Positions 27,154 to 36,618 of a stretch of 64,000 nt of DNA are shown here, one piece after another; within the stretch, counting starts at the first letter, position 1, and every line of letters begins with the position of its first letter. The notes beneath the pieces are model-generated. The model worked only from the letters and a program-made list of their open reading frames with translations. It did not search any database and was not told the DNA's origin. The DNA is from Candidatus Omnitrophota bacterium. Its GTDB lineage: Bacteria; Omnitrophota; Gorgyraeia; JABMRN01; RBG-13-46-9. The stretch lies in contig JADHYN010000003.1 of NCBI GenBank assembly GCA_016782425.1, positions 36,821 to 100,820 on the forward strand, given 5' to 3'. Position numbers and translations under genes: made by a program.

Positions 27154-28067
27154 GATTCCAGCACCTTTTTTAAAAAGAATCGAGACCTCTTTAACTCTTC
27201 CGGGGTGGATTTTCCCTTATGTGCTTCGAGCACTTTTATCGTATCGTTTTTTATATACGGCTTTAGCCGCTTGAAATCGAAGTTTCCACATCCCGGCGCG
27301 AGGTGATCGTTGTATAAAATTATATCATGGAGATGAACGCCAATCAAGTGATTAGACAGCTCTTTCAGATAATCGTTGCATTTCAGAATCGACAGGTTTT
27401 CGTAGATCTGGGCGTGGCCCGTATCGTGCCAGTAAAAAAGATGCCTGTCGCTCATGGCCTTGAAGATTATTTTGAACTCTTCCAGGGATGGGATTTCCTT
27501 TATGTAGTACCGGTTCTCCAGCGCAATATTCAGGTCTATTTTTCCCGCATGTTTTAAAAGCGCCTCCAGGCTTTTCATCGCCTTATCTAAAAAAGGCTTT
27601 GCCTTCGACCCCCTCTCAAAAAGAGCGTTTTTCTTTATTTCCTCAAACTTCGCCTTATCCATAATGGAAAAAAGCTGTTTGGTTTTGTCTTTTATGTCCA
27701 CTCTTCCGAGATGGAGGACGAGAGTAGTTGCGCCCAGCCTTTTTGCGAAGTCCATGCTTTTTTTTGTGAACTTGACAGCAGTAAGCCTCTCGTCGTCATC
27801 GAGGCTGGATAAGGAATAAAACTCCGGTGAGGCATCTTTAGGATCTACGCCGTCCGGCAATGGGCAGTAATTGTGGGTGCTGGTAATGTTTATATATCCG
27901 GAATCCTTAAGTTTTACAAAGCCTTCTACCTCTTTTTTGGTGAGGGCGAAGTTAAGCTCCACGGAGTTGAACCCAAGCGATTTAATCTCGTCGGCGATGC
28001 CTTTGGCGTCTTTGTGGCCGCGGTAATTCCATGCTGTTGAAAGCGCGTAGGGCGAGAGTTTATTCAT
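27150..28067 (-). CDS. sugar phosphate isomerase/epimerase (xylose isomerase-like TIM barrel)
   Basis: 305 aa with the family pattern (FNSVELNF, LVLHLG, ALEN, HDTGHA, HLHD). Confidence 0.7.
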   Translation of the reverse strand: MNKLSPYALSTAWNYRGHKDAKGIADEIKSLGFNSVELNFALTKKEVEGFVKLKDSGYINITSTHNYCPLPDGVDPKDASPEFYSLSSLDDDERLTAVKFTKKSMDFAKRLGATTLVLHLGRVDIKDKTKQLFSIMDKAKFEEIKKNALFERGSKAKPFLDKAMKSLEALLKHAGKIDLNIALENRYYIKEIPSLEEFKIIFKAMSDRHLFYWHDTGHAQIYENLSILKCNDYLKELSNHLIGVHLHDIILYNDHLAPGCGNFDFKRLKPYIKNDTIKVLEAHKGKSTPEELKRSRFFLKKVLES

Positions 28068-30615
28068 CTTCCTTGCCTATGACACTGACGGTTGCGAAAT
28101 TTTTTAAATCAATGTACTTTTCTGCGGCTTTAACTATATCGTTCCTGGTTATGCCGGATATGTATTCCGGGAAATTTGCATAATCGTCGAAGCCCGTGCC
28201 GTAGAGTTCGCCTAGAACCATTGTGTATGCCAGCGCATTGTAGGTTTGTAACGATATTTTATGTCTGCCAATAAGGGATTTTTTGGCAAGTTCGACTTCT
28301 TCTTCTGAAATTTCACCCCTTCTTATTTTTCCCAATTCTTTCAGCAAAACTTCCGTCGCTTTCTTAAGGTTTTTCCTGTCTGTTGCGACATACGAGGCGA
28401 CGTAACCGGTGTCAATTCCCGGGGCCGAAAAAGCCCCTTGCGTATACGAAAGCCCCAGCGTGTTTCTTATCGACTGGTAAAGCCGTCCGTTTTCGCCGGA
28501 AAGAACGGAACCGAGGACCTGGAGGCAATATTTTTCGCGGCTCGCAAGAGTCGTACCCCTAAAACCAATCACTACCAGTGACTGTTCGCGTGGCATCTTG
28601 TAGGTTATTTCTTTTAAGCCGGAGAGGGGTATCGGTTTTTCCGCTTTTATCTTAAGGGGGGTATTGCGCATGTCAGAAAAGCGGTTTTCAATCGACTCTC
28701 GCATCTTTTTAACTTCAAAATCGCCGACTACGGAAATTACCATGTTATTTGAAACGCAAAACTTTTCATAAAAGTCCTGAATATCCCTTCGCGTGATATT
28801 TTTTACGGAATCACGTTCGCCGATAGCTCTTAACCCGTACGCATAATCTTCGAAGATCGCCTTCCTTAGTTTTAAAAAACCCATGCTGTATATGTCATCG
28901 TCCTGCCTTTTTATAGCGGCGTATATTTTCTCTTTTTGTTTTTTTATCTCTAGCTCTGGAAAGGTAGCATTTTCTGTGACGTCTTCAAGTACCCCGAGCG
29001 CCCTCTCGGCGTCTTCGGCCAGGAAGCCTATTGACAGGCCGAACGAATTTTTTCCGCTAAAATGCGAGATATAACCTCCCATGCTCTCGAGAGCGGATTT
29101 AATTCTGTCTTCCTTTCGTTTTTTCGTTCCCTTAAGGAGCATTGCGCTTGTTAAATTAGAAATACCGTTATTGTCCCTTGTTTCCACCCTTACGCCCCCA
29201 AGGAAAGCCGCGAAAAGGGCAACCTTCGGAATCCGATGGTCTTCCTTTAAGATCAAGCTTATCCCGTTTGGAAGGACAACCCTTTGAGGCAGACTCGTAG
29301 ATTTGGTTTCTTTTTCGGCAGCGTCGGATTCCGAAACGCCATAATCCGGAAATAGATAAGAGACACTCAGGTTGTTCTCGTTCAAGTATTTTCGGGCTAC
29401 ACGTTTTATACTTTCTTTGGTCACTTTTTTTGTGTTATCGACGTATTTTTCAAAAAATGCAGGGTCGCCCGCCAAAAATTCGCTTTGCGATAGCGATTTC
29501 GCCAGGCCGTTTGCAGTCTCCAGCGAATCGATATAGCTTGCAATAACCATATTTTTGGCAGCTTCCAATTCGGCCTTTTCTACCCCTTCTTTGGTTATTT
29601 TTTTAATTTCTTCGAGAATTTTCTTCTTGGAGTCTTCCAGCTTTGCGGGATCGCCGACGCCGTATATGATAAAAAGGCCGGGGTATTTTGGGGTATAATT
29701 AAAAGAGCTTACTGTGTACAGGAGTTCCCTCTCTTTAATCAGTCTTTTTTTGAGCCGGGAATTGTCCCAGTCGCCGAGTATTATTCCTAAAATATCTAAC
29801 GCATAGAGATCATTGTTGGTTAGTTCCACCGTGTGGTAACCCATCGCAAGATACCCTAAATTTATCTGGGTGTACCCCGTAAGCTCGCGCGAGGAATTCT
29901 GCTGGGGCTCCAAAGAAACCGCGATCGCCGGACTGCGTTTTCGCGCATATTTTGCAAACGTGGATTTTATCTCGGAAAGTATTTTGTCCTTGTCGATATC
30001 GCCTATGACGGTCAAAATAGCGTTGTTGGGGGTGTAATGCGTAGAATGATATTTTACGAGGTCGCTTCTTTTTAATTCCATGAAGAGGTTTTTATGCCCT
30101 ATTACAGGCAATTTATAAGGATGTTCCAGATAAGCCGTTTGCCAGAGTTGCCGCATAACGCGCCTTGCGGGATCGTCCCGGTTTAACCTTATCTCCTTCA
30201 GTATAACATCCCGTTCTTTTTCGATTTCGTCGTTATCGAATGCTGGATGAAAAATCATATCGTTCATGAGATCAAGCGCCTCCAGGGTGTATTCGCTGGG
30301 CACCGTTATGTAGTAGGTCGTGTTATCGAGCCCCGTTGAGGCATTTGTTACACCGCCGTAAGATTTAACCTCTTCTTCGATCTGGCCGGGTTTTCGTTTT
30401 GGGGTACCTTTAAAAATCATGTGTTCGATAAAATGGGATATCCCGGTTCCGCCGTATGCGCCTTCGGAAGATAAGCCTGCATCCACGGTTAGCATAATAC
30501 AGACAATAGGGTGGGCATGCTCCTCTTTTATTATTACCGTCAGGCCGTTATTAAGGATTTCTTTTTTTTCATCTCGGGCGAAAGCGGGTTCGTGGTAGGA
30601 ATAGTGCGCTCCCAC
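28060..30615 (-). CDS. tandem M16 (pitrilysin) family peptidase; true start probably upstream of 30615
   Basis: 851 aa from GTG 30615, with the HFIEHMIFKGT zinc motif and two M16 units. The frame is open to 30717 and encodes a signal-peptide-like KILNKNPILISIFAIIFF upstream of the GTG. Confidence 0.8.
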   Translation of the reverse strand: MGAHYSYHEPAFARDEKKEILNNGLTVIIKEEHAHPIVCIMLTVDAGLSSEGAYGGTGISHFIEHMIFKGTPKRKPGQIEEEVKSYGGVTNASTGLDNTTYYITVPSEYTLEALDLMNDMIFHPAFDNDEIEKERDVILKEIRLNRDDPARRVMRQLWQTAYLEHPYKLPVIGHKNLFMELKRSDLVKYHSTHYTPNNAILTVIGDIDKDKILSEIKSTFAKYARKRSPAIAVSLEPQQNSSRELTGYTQINLGYLAMGYHTVELTNNDLYALDILGIILGDWDNSRLKKRLIKERELLYTVSSFNYTPKYPGLFIIYGVGDPAKLEDSKKKILEEIKKITKEGVEKAELEAAKNMVIASYIDSLETANGLAKSLSQSEFLAGDPAFFEKYVDNTKKVTKESIKRVARKYLNENNLSVSYLFPDYGVSESDAAEKETKSTSLPQRVVLPNGISLILKEDHRIPKVALFAAFLGGVRVETRDNNGISNLTSAMLLKGTKKRKEDRIKSALESMGGYISHFSGKNSFGLSIGFLAEDAERALGVLEDVTENATFPELEIKKQKEKIYAAIKRQDDDIYSMGFLKLRKAIFEDYAYGLRAIGERDSVKNITRRDIQDFYEKFCVSNNMVISVVGDFEVKKMRESIENRFSDMRNTPLKIKAEKPIPLSGLKEITYKMPREQSLVVIGFRGTTLASREKYCLQVLGSVLSGENGRLYQSIRNTLGLSYTQGAFSAPGIDTGYVASYVATDRKNLKKATEVLLKELGKIRRGEISEEEVELAKKSLIGRHKISLQTYNALAYTMVLGELYGTGFDDYANFPEYISGITRNDIVKAAEKYIDLKNFATVSVIGKEDE

Positions 30616-30754
30616 AAAGAAGATGATTGCAAATATTGATATAAGGATAGGATTTTTGTTCAGGATTTTCGTCGTTTTTTCCTCTTGCGTTCTTTTAGGA
30701 CTTAAGTATGCCCTCTCTCAATTTTTTTCACCCCTTTTATGATTGCTTCCTATA

Positions 30755-30782
30755 ATTATAGCGAAAATATATGCCAAGTCAA
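30755..30782 (-). promoter_or_regulatory. sigma70-like promoter for the M16 peptidase gene
   Basis: On the minus strand: TTGACT (30782..30777), 16 nt, then TATAAT (30760..30755). Confidence 0.45.
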
Positions 30783-30790
30783 GGAAACAT

Positions 30791-33700
30791 TCAACGCTTG
30801 TTAAAGCGTTTTTTGGAATTTTCCGAACCCCGCTCCTTCCTTACCGTAGCATGATGGGCGATGCGTAATGTAATGTCGTCCACCACGGCATATACGCACG
30901 GTATGAATATAAGCGTAAGCGGCGTTCCGAAAAGAAGGCCCCAGCTTAACGTAAGCGCTGCCGGCTGCAAAAACGGATCAAGCCCGCCAATACCATAAGC
31001 AACCGCTGCTAGACCGAATACCGTTGTGATAGTAGTAAGTATTACAGGTCTTAATCTGATTCTACCGCCCTCTATTATTGAATCCCTTCGATCCTTTCCC
31101 TCTATGCGTAATCTATTAATGAAGTCAACCAGTACGATCGAATCGTTTACAACGACACCCACAAGCCCGACCATACCCAAAAATGCCATGAAGCTGAAAG
31201 GGGTGTTATGAACAAGCAATGCGAATAAAGCCCCAAAAAAGCCAAATATAATTGCAAGCATAATTATAAAAGGCTGAACAAGAGAATTAAATTTTGTGGC
31301 GAGTATCAAAAATATCACGAGAAAGGCGATTCCGAAGGCCTTGAAGAGGTTCCCGAAAGATTCTTGCGTGTCTTTTTCCTCGCCGCCGTATATTACTGTA
31401 TATCCAAGGTATTCATTTTCGATGTCAGCAAACTTCTTTCGAATGAGGGCGTTTGCTTTTACGGACGTCATGTTCTTTTCATCGACTAAAGCGGTTACGC
31501 GAAGGGCGCGGTTGCCATCCAGGTGCTTATAAGATTCCAACTTCTTCTGTTTTTTGAACGTTGCTACCTCTTTTAGGCTAATGAGTTTTCCGAATTTGTT
31601 GGGTATTACGATATTTTTAAATAGAGATGGATCTTCCCTAAATGCTTTTGGGAAACGTACCAGAACGTCTATTTCCTCTTCCGCTTTCGTTTGCTTTATC
31701 GAAGTGGCTACGCCACCACCTACCGCATTTCTTACGGCCTCTGCAATATCCCGCACAGTGAGATATGCTTTCGTTGCTTTTTCTTCCTTTATTTCAACCG
31801 TGATTTCCTCTTTCCCGAATTTATAATCCGTGTCGATATCCGTGACCCCCGTTAATGTTTCCAGATACGATATGTACCTTTCGGCAAGTTCATTTAAAAC
31901 TTTGTAGTCAGTCCCTTTTATTTTGATATCAATTGCTTTTCCTGTGGGCGGACCGGATGCGACCTGCTCAAAAGAAATTTTTTCAAACCCCTCGATCCCT
32001 TTTATTTTATCCCGTAGTGCGTCAATTATCTGGAAGGCATCGCGCTTACGCCGGCTCTCGGGAGTAAGGTATACATTTATTTGGACAAGGTGGCTTCCTC
32101 TTCGCGTATGGGGATCGAGGGTTCTCCCCTCAAAAATGTTTCCGATAGTAGTTACGTAACTGTCTAACTCGTTATCCGGCAAAGATTCGACTAGTTTCTC
32201 TAACCGCACCGATAGTTTTGCGGTTTTATCAAGGCTGGTTCCTACGGACATCTCTGCCCTCACGTAAAATTCTTCCACGCCTTTTTGGGGAAAAGCAACG
32301 ACTTTCAAGAAGAACTTCGCGCATACCATAAGCACTAGGAAGGCGATTATGAATATACCAATTGTTTTATATCGGTGCGCAATTGCTTTTTTGATTACTT
32401 TTGTATAAAAAGTAAGCATATTTTCAAACCATGTCGATTTCTTTTTACCTTGCCCGTCTTTATTTAATTTGCGCCGCGGTTTTGCGAAATCAGCCAGGTG
32501 TGACGGGAGTATTATAAAAGCTTCAAATAGTGAAGCGCATAAGGCGACGATAACAACGATCGGAATCTGTTTTACAAACCTACCTATAATACCGGTCATA
32601 AAAGCCAGGGGTAAGAACGCAACAATAGTGGTAATTATAGTCGTGGTCACTGCGGGAATGACCTCTTCAGCCCCTTTTATCGCCGCTTCGCGGGGCGGTA
32701 TGCCCATTTCGATATAGCGGTAGGTATTTTCGGATATTATTATACCGTCATCCACTATCATTCCGAGAACTATGACAAGCCCGAACATGGTCATCATGTT
32801 TATGGTCATACCGCTTGCAAGCATGAACCCAAGTGTTATCGAAAAGGCTATAGGAATACCCAGTGCGGTGAGGAATGCTACACGTTTTGTCAAAAATACC
32901 TGCAAAGCGAACATAACCAATAGTATGCCTACCATCCCGTTGTTTCTCAGGACGTTAAGCCGTCTTTTAATATAAAAAGACATATCATCAAGCGTATAAA
33001 TGCGAATATTTTCAGGTACAGTTTTCCTGAAATTCGCAATAAGTTTTTTTATCTTATGCACGAGCTCGATAGCGTCGGCGTTTTCCTTTTTCAATATAAT
33101 GAGGTTTATTGCCCGCGTGCCGAATGATTTAATCATTACGCTTTCATCCTCAAATGCATCATGAACTTCTGCTATGTCTTTTACTCTAAGCCAGTTGCCG
33201 ATATCATTCGCGCGTACAACGGTTTCTTCAACATCCTTTTTTGTCAGAAATTCACCGCTTGTTCGTATGATGTATTCGGTTTCCTTCCCCCTCATAGTGC
33301 CTGCCGGAAGGTTGAGATTCCGGGAACGTAACGCCAGAATGACCTCTTCGAGGGAGATATAGTAGTCTTTCAATTTGGCGGGATCAACCTCCACCCAGAT
33401 CTCTTTATCGCGCCAGCCGCTCCTTTCGACTTTTGCGACTTCCGGTAAGTTCAAAGTCAGACGCTCCAAACCCTCGGCGTATTCCTGAAGCTTAAACTCG
33501 TCAGGGTCACCGGATATAGCTATTTCTATAATCGGCATGATTTTCATGTTTATCTCTTCAACCACAGGATCGTCAGAGTCGAGAGGCAGATCTTTTACCT
33601 TATCCACGGCCCTTTGTGTATCATTCACGATTTTATTTTTATCTTTTGCATCCGGATTCATCTTAATATATAGAGTGGAGATATTATTGCTCGAGACCGA

Positions 33701-33943
33701 TCTTATTTCATCAATATCGTCCACCTCTTTTAATTCCTTCTCTAAGGGGGTGGTTATCAGTTTTTCAACGTCTTCCGCGGTGGCTCCGGGGTATGGCACC
33801 GTTATCAGAATGATGTCAAAAGGTACGTTTGGGAAGACTTCTTTATTCAGACTGAAAACCGATATCGCGCCTACTATAATGAAAAATAGGGACAGGAGGT
33901 TTATAAAGAGAGAATTTTTTACCGAGAATTCAGAGATTTTCAT
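30791..33943 (-). CDS. RND efflux transporter permease (AcrB/AcrD/AcrF family)
   Basis: 1050 aa with 12-TM RND architecture and two large periplasmic loops. Confidence 0.9.
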   Translation of the reverse strand: MKISEFSVKNSLFINLLSLFFIIVGAISVFSLNKEVFPNVPFDIILITVPYPGATAEDVEKLITTPLEKELKEVDDIDEIRSVSSNNISTLYIKMNPDAKDKNKIVNDTQRAVDKVKDLPLDSDDPVVEEINMKIMPIIEIAISGDPDEFKLQEYAEGLERLTLNLPEVAKVERSGWRDKEIWVEVDPAKLKDYYISLEEVILALRSRNLNLPAGTMRGKETEYIIRTSGEFLTKKDVEETVVRANDIGNWLRVKDIAEVHDAFEDESVMIKSFGTRAINLIILKKENADAIELVHKIKKLIANFRKTVPENIRIYTLDDMSFYIKRRLNVLRNNGMVGILLVMFALQVFLTKRVAFLTALGIPIAFSITLGFMLASGMTINMMTMFGLVIVLGMIVDDGIIISENTYRYIEMGIPPREAAIKGAEEVIPAVTTTIITTIVAFLPLAFMTGIIGRFVKQIPIVVIVALCASLFEAFIILPSHLADFAKPRRKLNKDGQGKKKSTWFENMLTFYTKVIKKAIAHRYKTIGIFIIAFLVLMVCAKFFLKVVAFPQKGVEEFYVRAEMSVGTSLDKTAKLSVRLEKLVESLPDNELDSYVTTIGNIFEGRTLDPHTRRGSHLVQINVYLTPESRRKRDAFQIIDALRDKIKGIEGFEKISFEQVASGPPTGKAIDIKIKGTDYKVLNELAERYISYLETLTGVTDIDTDYKFGKEEITVEIKEEKATKAYLTVRDIAEAVRNAVGGGVATSIKQTKAEEEIDVLVRFPKAFREDPSLFKNIVIPNKFGKLISLKEVATFKKQKKLESYKHLDGNRALRVTALVDEKNMTSVKANALIRKKFADIENEYLGYTVIYGGEEKDTQESFGNLFKAFGIAFLVIFLILATKFNSLVQPFIIMLAIIFGFFGALFALLVHNTPFSFMAFLGMVGLVGVVVNDSIVLVDFINRLRIEGKDRRDSIIEGGRIRLRPVILTTITTVFGLAAVAYGIGGLDPFLQPAALTLSWGLLFGTPLTLIFIPCVYAVVDDITLRIAHHATVRKERGSENSKKRFNKR

Positions 33944-35400
33944 AATTTTAAAACACCCACTTTCTCGAGAAGCGTGTCTTTCTCATTTTCAAGGTCTACC
34001 AGCGCCATATAGTATTGCAGTATGGCCTTGTATTCGCTTAGCGCCGCAAGCGTGAGATCATTCTGATAATCAATGACAAGCTTGCTGCTGGAGCGGCCGT
34101 ACTGCAACTTCTTCTTTTCTTCTTTGAATTTCTGGTATTGTATTTTCCTTATCTTTCCCCAGCGCTTAGCGTTTTCGAGATTAAGATTAACGTCTCTTAC
34201 TTCTTCGTTGACGTTGGTTGCGAGGTCTTTTTCGGCCTGCAAGACTTCCAGAATGGCCTTTTTCTTTTCGAGCGAGGCCTTGTTGTATTCGCCCCGCGCC
34301 TCGTTGTTCTCTAAGGGTATCGTGAATTCCACGCCACCGTAATATTTAGGATGTTTATCAGTGGTAAGGCGGCGATTTGCTTTCTCGAATTTTCTGCCCA
34401 CGCCGTTAATTGCCAACGTACCGACAAGATCCACCTCCGGCCATAGGCTATTTTCTTTTAATTTCAATTTTATTTTTTTGGCATTCAATTCTTTTTTCTT
34501 CATCCGGTAATCGCGATTGGCAATAAAGGCCTCGTTTAATGCCTGCACCATGTCGGCTCTTTCGCCCAAAACATCTAACTTCTGTTTTGGCAGAACTAAA
34601 AAATCTTTATCCTCATTCAGCAGAAGAAGGAGGCTGTTGCTGGCCGTTTTTAAATCGTTTTGAGCTATGAGAAGCTCGGTTTTTCTGATCCGCATGTTTG
34701 CTTCGGTTTCATAGAGCTCGGTTGACTCAACAAGGCCTGTTTTTAAATGCTCTTGGAATGTTTCAAAGAGCTCCGTTGCTTGCTTTAAAAGTTCTTCGCG
34801 AAGCGATACATCCTGATATGCGAATACAAGCTGCCAGTAGGCCTTTTCGATGTCGGCGATTGTATTTTCTATTCTATCGAGCGCTTTTAGGCCGGCCAGG
34901 TCCGCCTCGATCTTTGAAAGTTTCACGGTTTTTTGGTCGATATAACCGAAGAAGTTTTTAAGTAGCGGTTGTTTCAGCGTAAACGATAGTTCTGCTTCAT
35001 GTACGGGGTTTTGGGTGACATAGGCTGAATCAGTCCAAGTTCTTATATTTGAATAGTCTATGTCGATTTCCGTACCCGTTGGGAGGGTTTTTTCAAAACC
35101 CACTTCATAGTCTGCGGTTAGGGTCTTTTCGCCTGCAAATGAGCTTGATGAGGCGCGCTGATCATCGGTATAGGTCGTTTTGCCTTTTAGTAAGGAATCA
35201 AATATTGACCGAGAGATGAGGACATCCTGATCTTTTATCATGGATTCTATTTTTGCGATTTTTATGTCAATGCTGTTTGCAAGACCTGTCTCGAGGCATT
35301 CCGAAAGCGAAAGCGCAATTCTTTCTTCACCGGAGGAATCGGCTTCCGGGAAGACAAAAAGGATCAAAAAAACTAACGGTAAAAGAAATATTTTATTCAT
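33940..35400 (-). CDS. TolC-family outer membrane efflux protein
   Basis: 486 aa with a signal peptide and two OEP repeats. It overlaps the RND start by 4 nt. Confidence 0.85.
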   Translation of the reverse strand: MNKIFLLPLVFLILFVFPEADSSGEERIALSLSECLETGLANSIDIKIAKIESMIKDQDVLISRSIFDSLLKGKTTYTDDQRASSSSFAGEKTLTADYEVGFEKTLPTGTEIDIDYSNIRTWTDSAYVTQNPVHEAELSFTLKQPLLKNFFGYIDQKTVKLSKIEADLAGLKALDRIENTIADIEKAYWQLVFAYQDVSLREELLKQATELFETFQEHLKTGLVESTELYETEANMRIRKTELLIAQNDLKTASNSLLLLLNEDKDFLVLPKQKLDVLGERADMVQALNEAFIANRDYRMKKKELNAKKIKLKLKENSLWPEVDLVGTLAINGVGRKFEKANRRLTTDKHPKYYGGVEFTIPLENNEARGEYNKASLEKKKAILEVLQAEKDLATNVNEEVRDVNLNLENAKRWGKIRKIQYQKFKEEKKKLQYGRSSSKLVIDYQNDLTLAALSEYKAILQYYMALVDLENEKDTLLEKVGVLKL

Positions 35401-35848
35401 AGGGCTTATATTCCATTCTTTCCTTTATATTTTTCTTCAGCTTGCGTAGTATGTTTAAGTACTGTGATTTTTCCTTTTGGCTGATGTTGCGAAACAAGCC
35501 GCTAATCATCGCGAGTTTATAATCGTTTAGCCGGCGGGATAAAACAAGACCTTTTTGCGTAAGATAGATTTTTACGACCCTCCGGTCTGTCTCTGTCCTC
35601 GCCCTCCGGATAAACCCCGCTCTTATCAGCCGATCCGTAAGCCCGGTAACGGCACTTTTGGTTACACCCAGGGCTTTTGAGACATCGCTCATCTTGCATC
35701 CTTTTTTAGCGCGCAGAATATCGAGTATGACCATTTGCGGGAAAGTTATTTTGCCCTTCACGAGTATCTTTGGTTGCCTTCTTATAATTTCAATGTGCAT
35801 GTAAGGGATAGTAGCAAGTACCTCTTTTGCAAAATTCCGGATATTCAT
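35393..35848 (-). CDS. MarR family transcriptional regulator
   Basis: I set the start at ATG 35848 (MNIRNFAKEVL), preceded by GGAG. The winged HTH reads ITFPQMVILDIL...MSDVSKALGVTKSAVTGLTDRLI. The track ORF (to 35902) would read through the promoter and operator. Confidence 0.8.
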   Translation of the reverse strand: MNIRNFAKEVLATIPYMHIEIIRRQPKILVKGKITFPQMVILDILRAKKGCKMSDVSKALGVTKSAVTGLTDRLIRAGFIRRARTETDRRVVKIYLTQKGLVLSRRLNDYKLAMISGLFRNISQKEKSQYLNILRKLKKNIKERMEYKPYE

Positions 35849-35867
35849 ATTAGCTCCATTTGGTTTG

Positions 35868-35904
35868 TATTGTGTATAGTTCACTATATTAACTATACAC
35901 AATA
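35868..35904. promoter_or_regulatory. 14-bp perfect inverted repeat, candidate MarR operator
   Basis: TATTGTGTATAGTT (35868-35881), a 9-nt spacer, then AACTATACACAATA (35891-35904). It sits at or just downstream of the predicted transcription start. Confidence 0.55.
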
Positions 35905-35907
35905 TTA

Positions 35908-35936
35908 AGTATACCGCAAAGATGCCCCTTTGTCAA
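35908..35936 (-). promoter_or_regulatory. sigma70-like promoter of the marR-tolC-RND operon
   Basis: On the minus strand: TTGACA (35936..35931), 17 nt, then TATACT (35913..35908). Confidence 0.5.
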
Positions 35937-35960
35937 GAAATATCCGCGCAGTTTTTAATC

Positions 35961-36581
35961 TTATTCTTTTTTAAAGATGATGGCGATGCTGAAGGTGAGT
36001 TCTCTTTTTTGAAGTTCCTTAGGAAACGGCGGGAACGGCGAGGCATTCTTTACACTTCTTAAGGCTGTTTTTCTTAATTGCGGATTTTTCGAGCTTTTTG
36101 TCTCATCGATACGCATGTTTTTTAGGCTGCCGTGCTGGGTTAGGGTGAAGGCCATGTCTACCCTCCCCTCTTCCCGAAAAATTGTATAGTTTCTTGTAAC
36201 ATGCTTTTTTATCTTCTCGCGTATAAGTTTGTAATACTGGATATATTCTTCAAGCTCTGCCAGCTCCTTTTTCTCGAGATATTGTTCGCCCTCTTCGGAT
36301 ATGTCTTTTGTTAATTTTGCTTCTTGAATTGTTTCTGGTTTTTTTTGCGTGACTTCTTGAATTTCTCTTTCTTCAAGGTCGTATTTTTGAGGTATTTTCT
36401 CCAGCGCTTCTTTTTTTATTTCTTCTTCGGGCATCTCGAGCATGAGGTATGTTACTTCAATTTCGCACTGTTTATCCTCGAGCCCCCTTTTATAAAAAAA
36501 TCCTCCTGCCGATATCCCGAAAAGATGTAGGGACACGGATAATATAAGCGCTATTTTGAAAACATTATCATTGAATAACAT
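35961..36581 (-). CDS. TonB-like energy transducer
   Basis: 206 aa with an N-terminal TM helix, a charged E/K-rich linker and a C-terminal TonB_C-like domain (GRVDMAFTLTQHGSLKNMRI...ALRSVKNASPFPPFP). Confidence 0.65.
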   Translation of the reverse strand: MLFNDNVFKIALILSVSLHLFGISAGGFFYKRGLEDKQCEIEVTYLMLEMPEEEIKKEALEKIPQKYDLEEREIQEVTQKKPETIQEAKLTKDISEEGEQYLEKKELAELEEYIQYYKLIREKIKKHVTRNYTIFREEGRVDMAFTLTQHGSLKNMRIDETKSSKNPQLRKTALRSVKNASPFPPFPKELQKRELTFSIAIIFKKE

Positions 36582-36618
36582 ACACCGCTATTCTACAACA
36601 AGGCCTGAGAAAAGAAAA

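Noticed and set aside
30616-30790. The TTG at 30721..30719 downstream of AAGGGGTGA as the M16 peptidase start.
   Set aside because: It is in a different frame from the peptidase and yields only an 8-codon ORF (MREGILKS). The in-frame codon at that site is a TGA stop.
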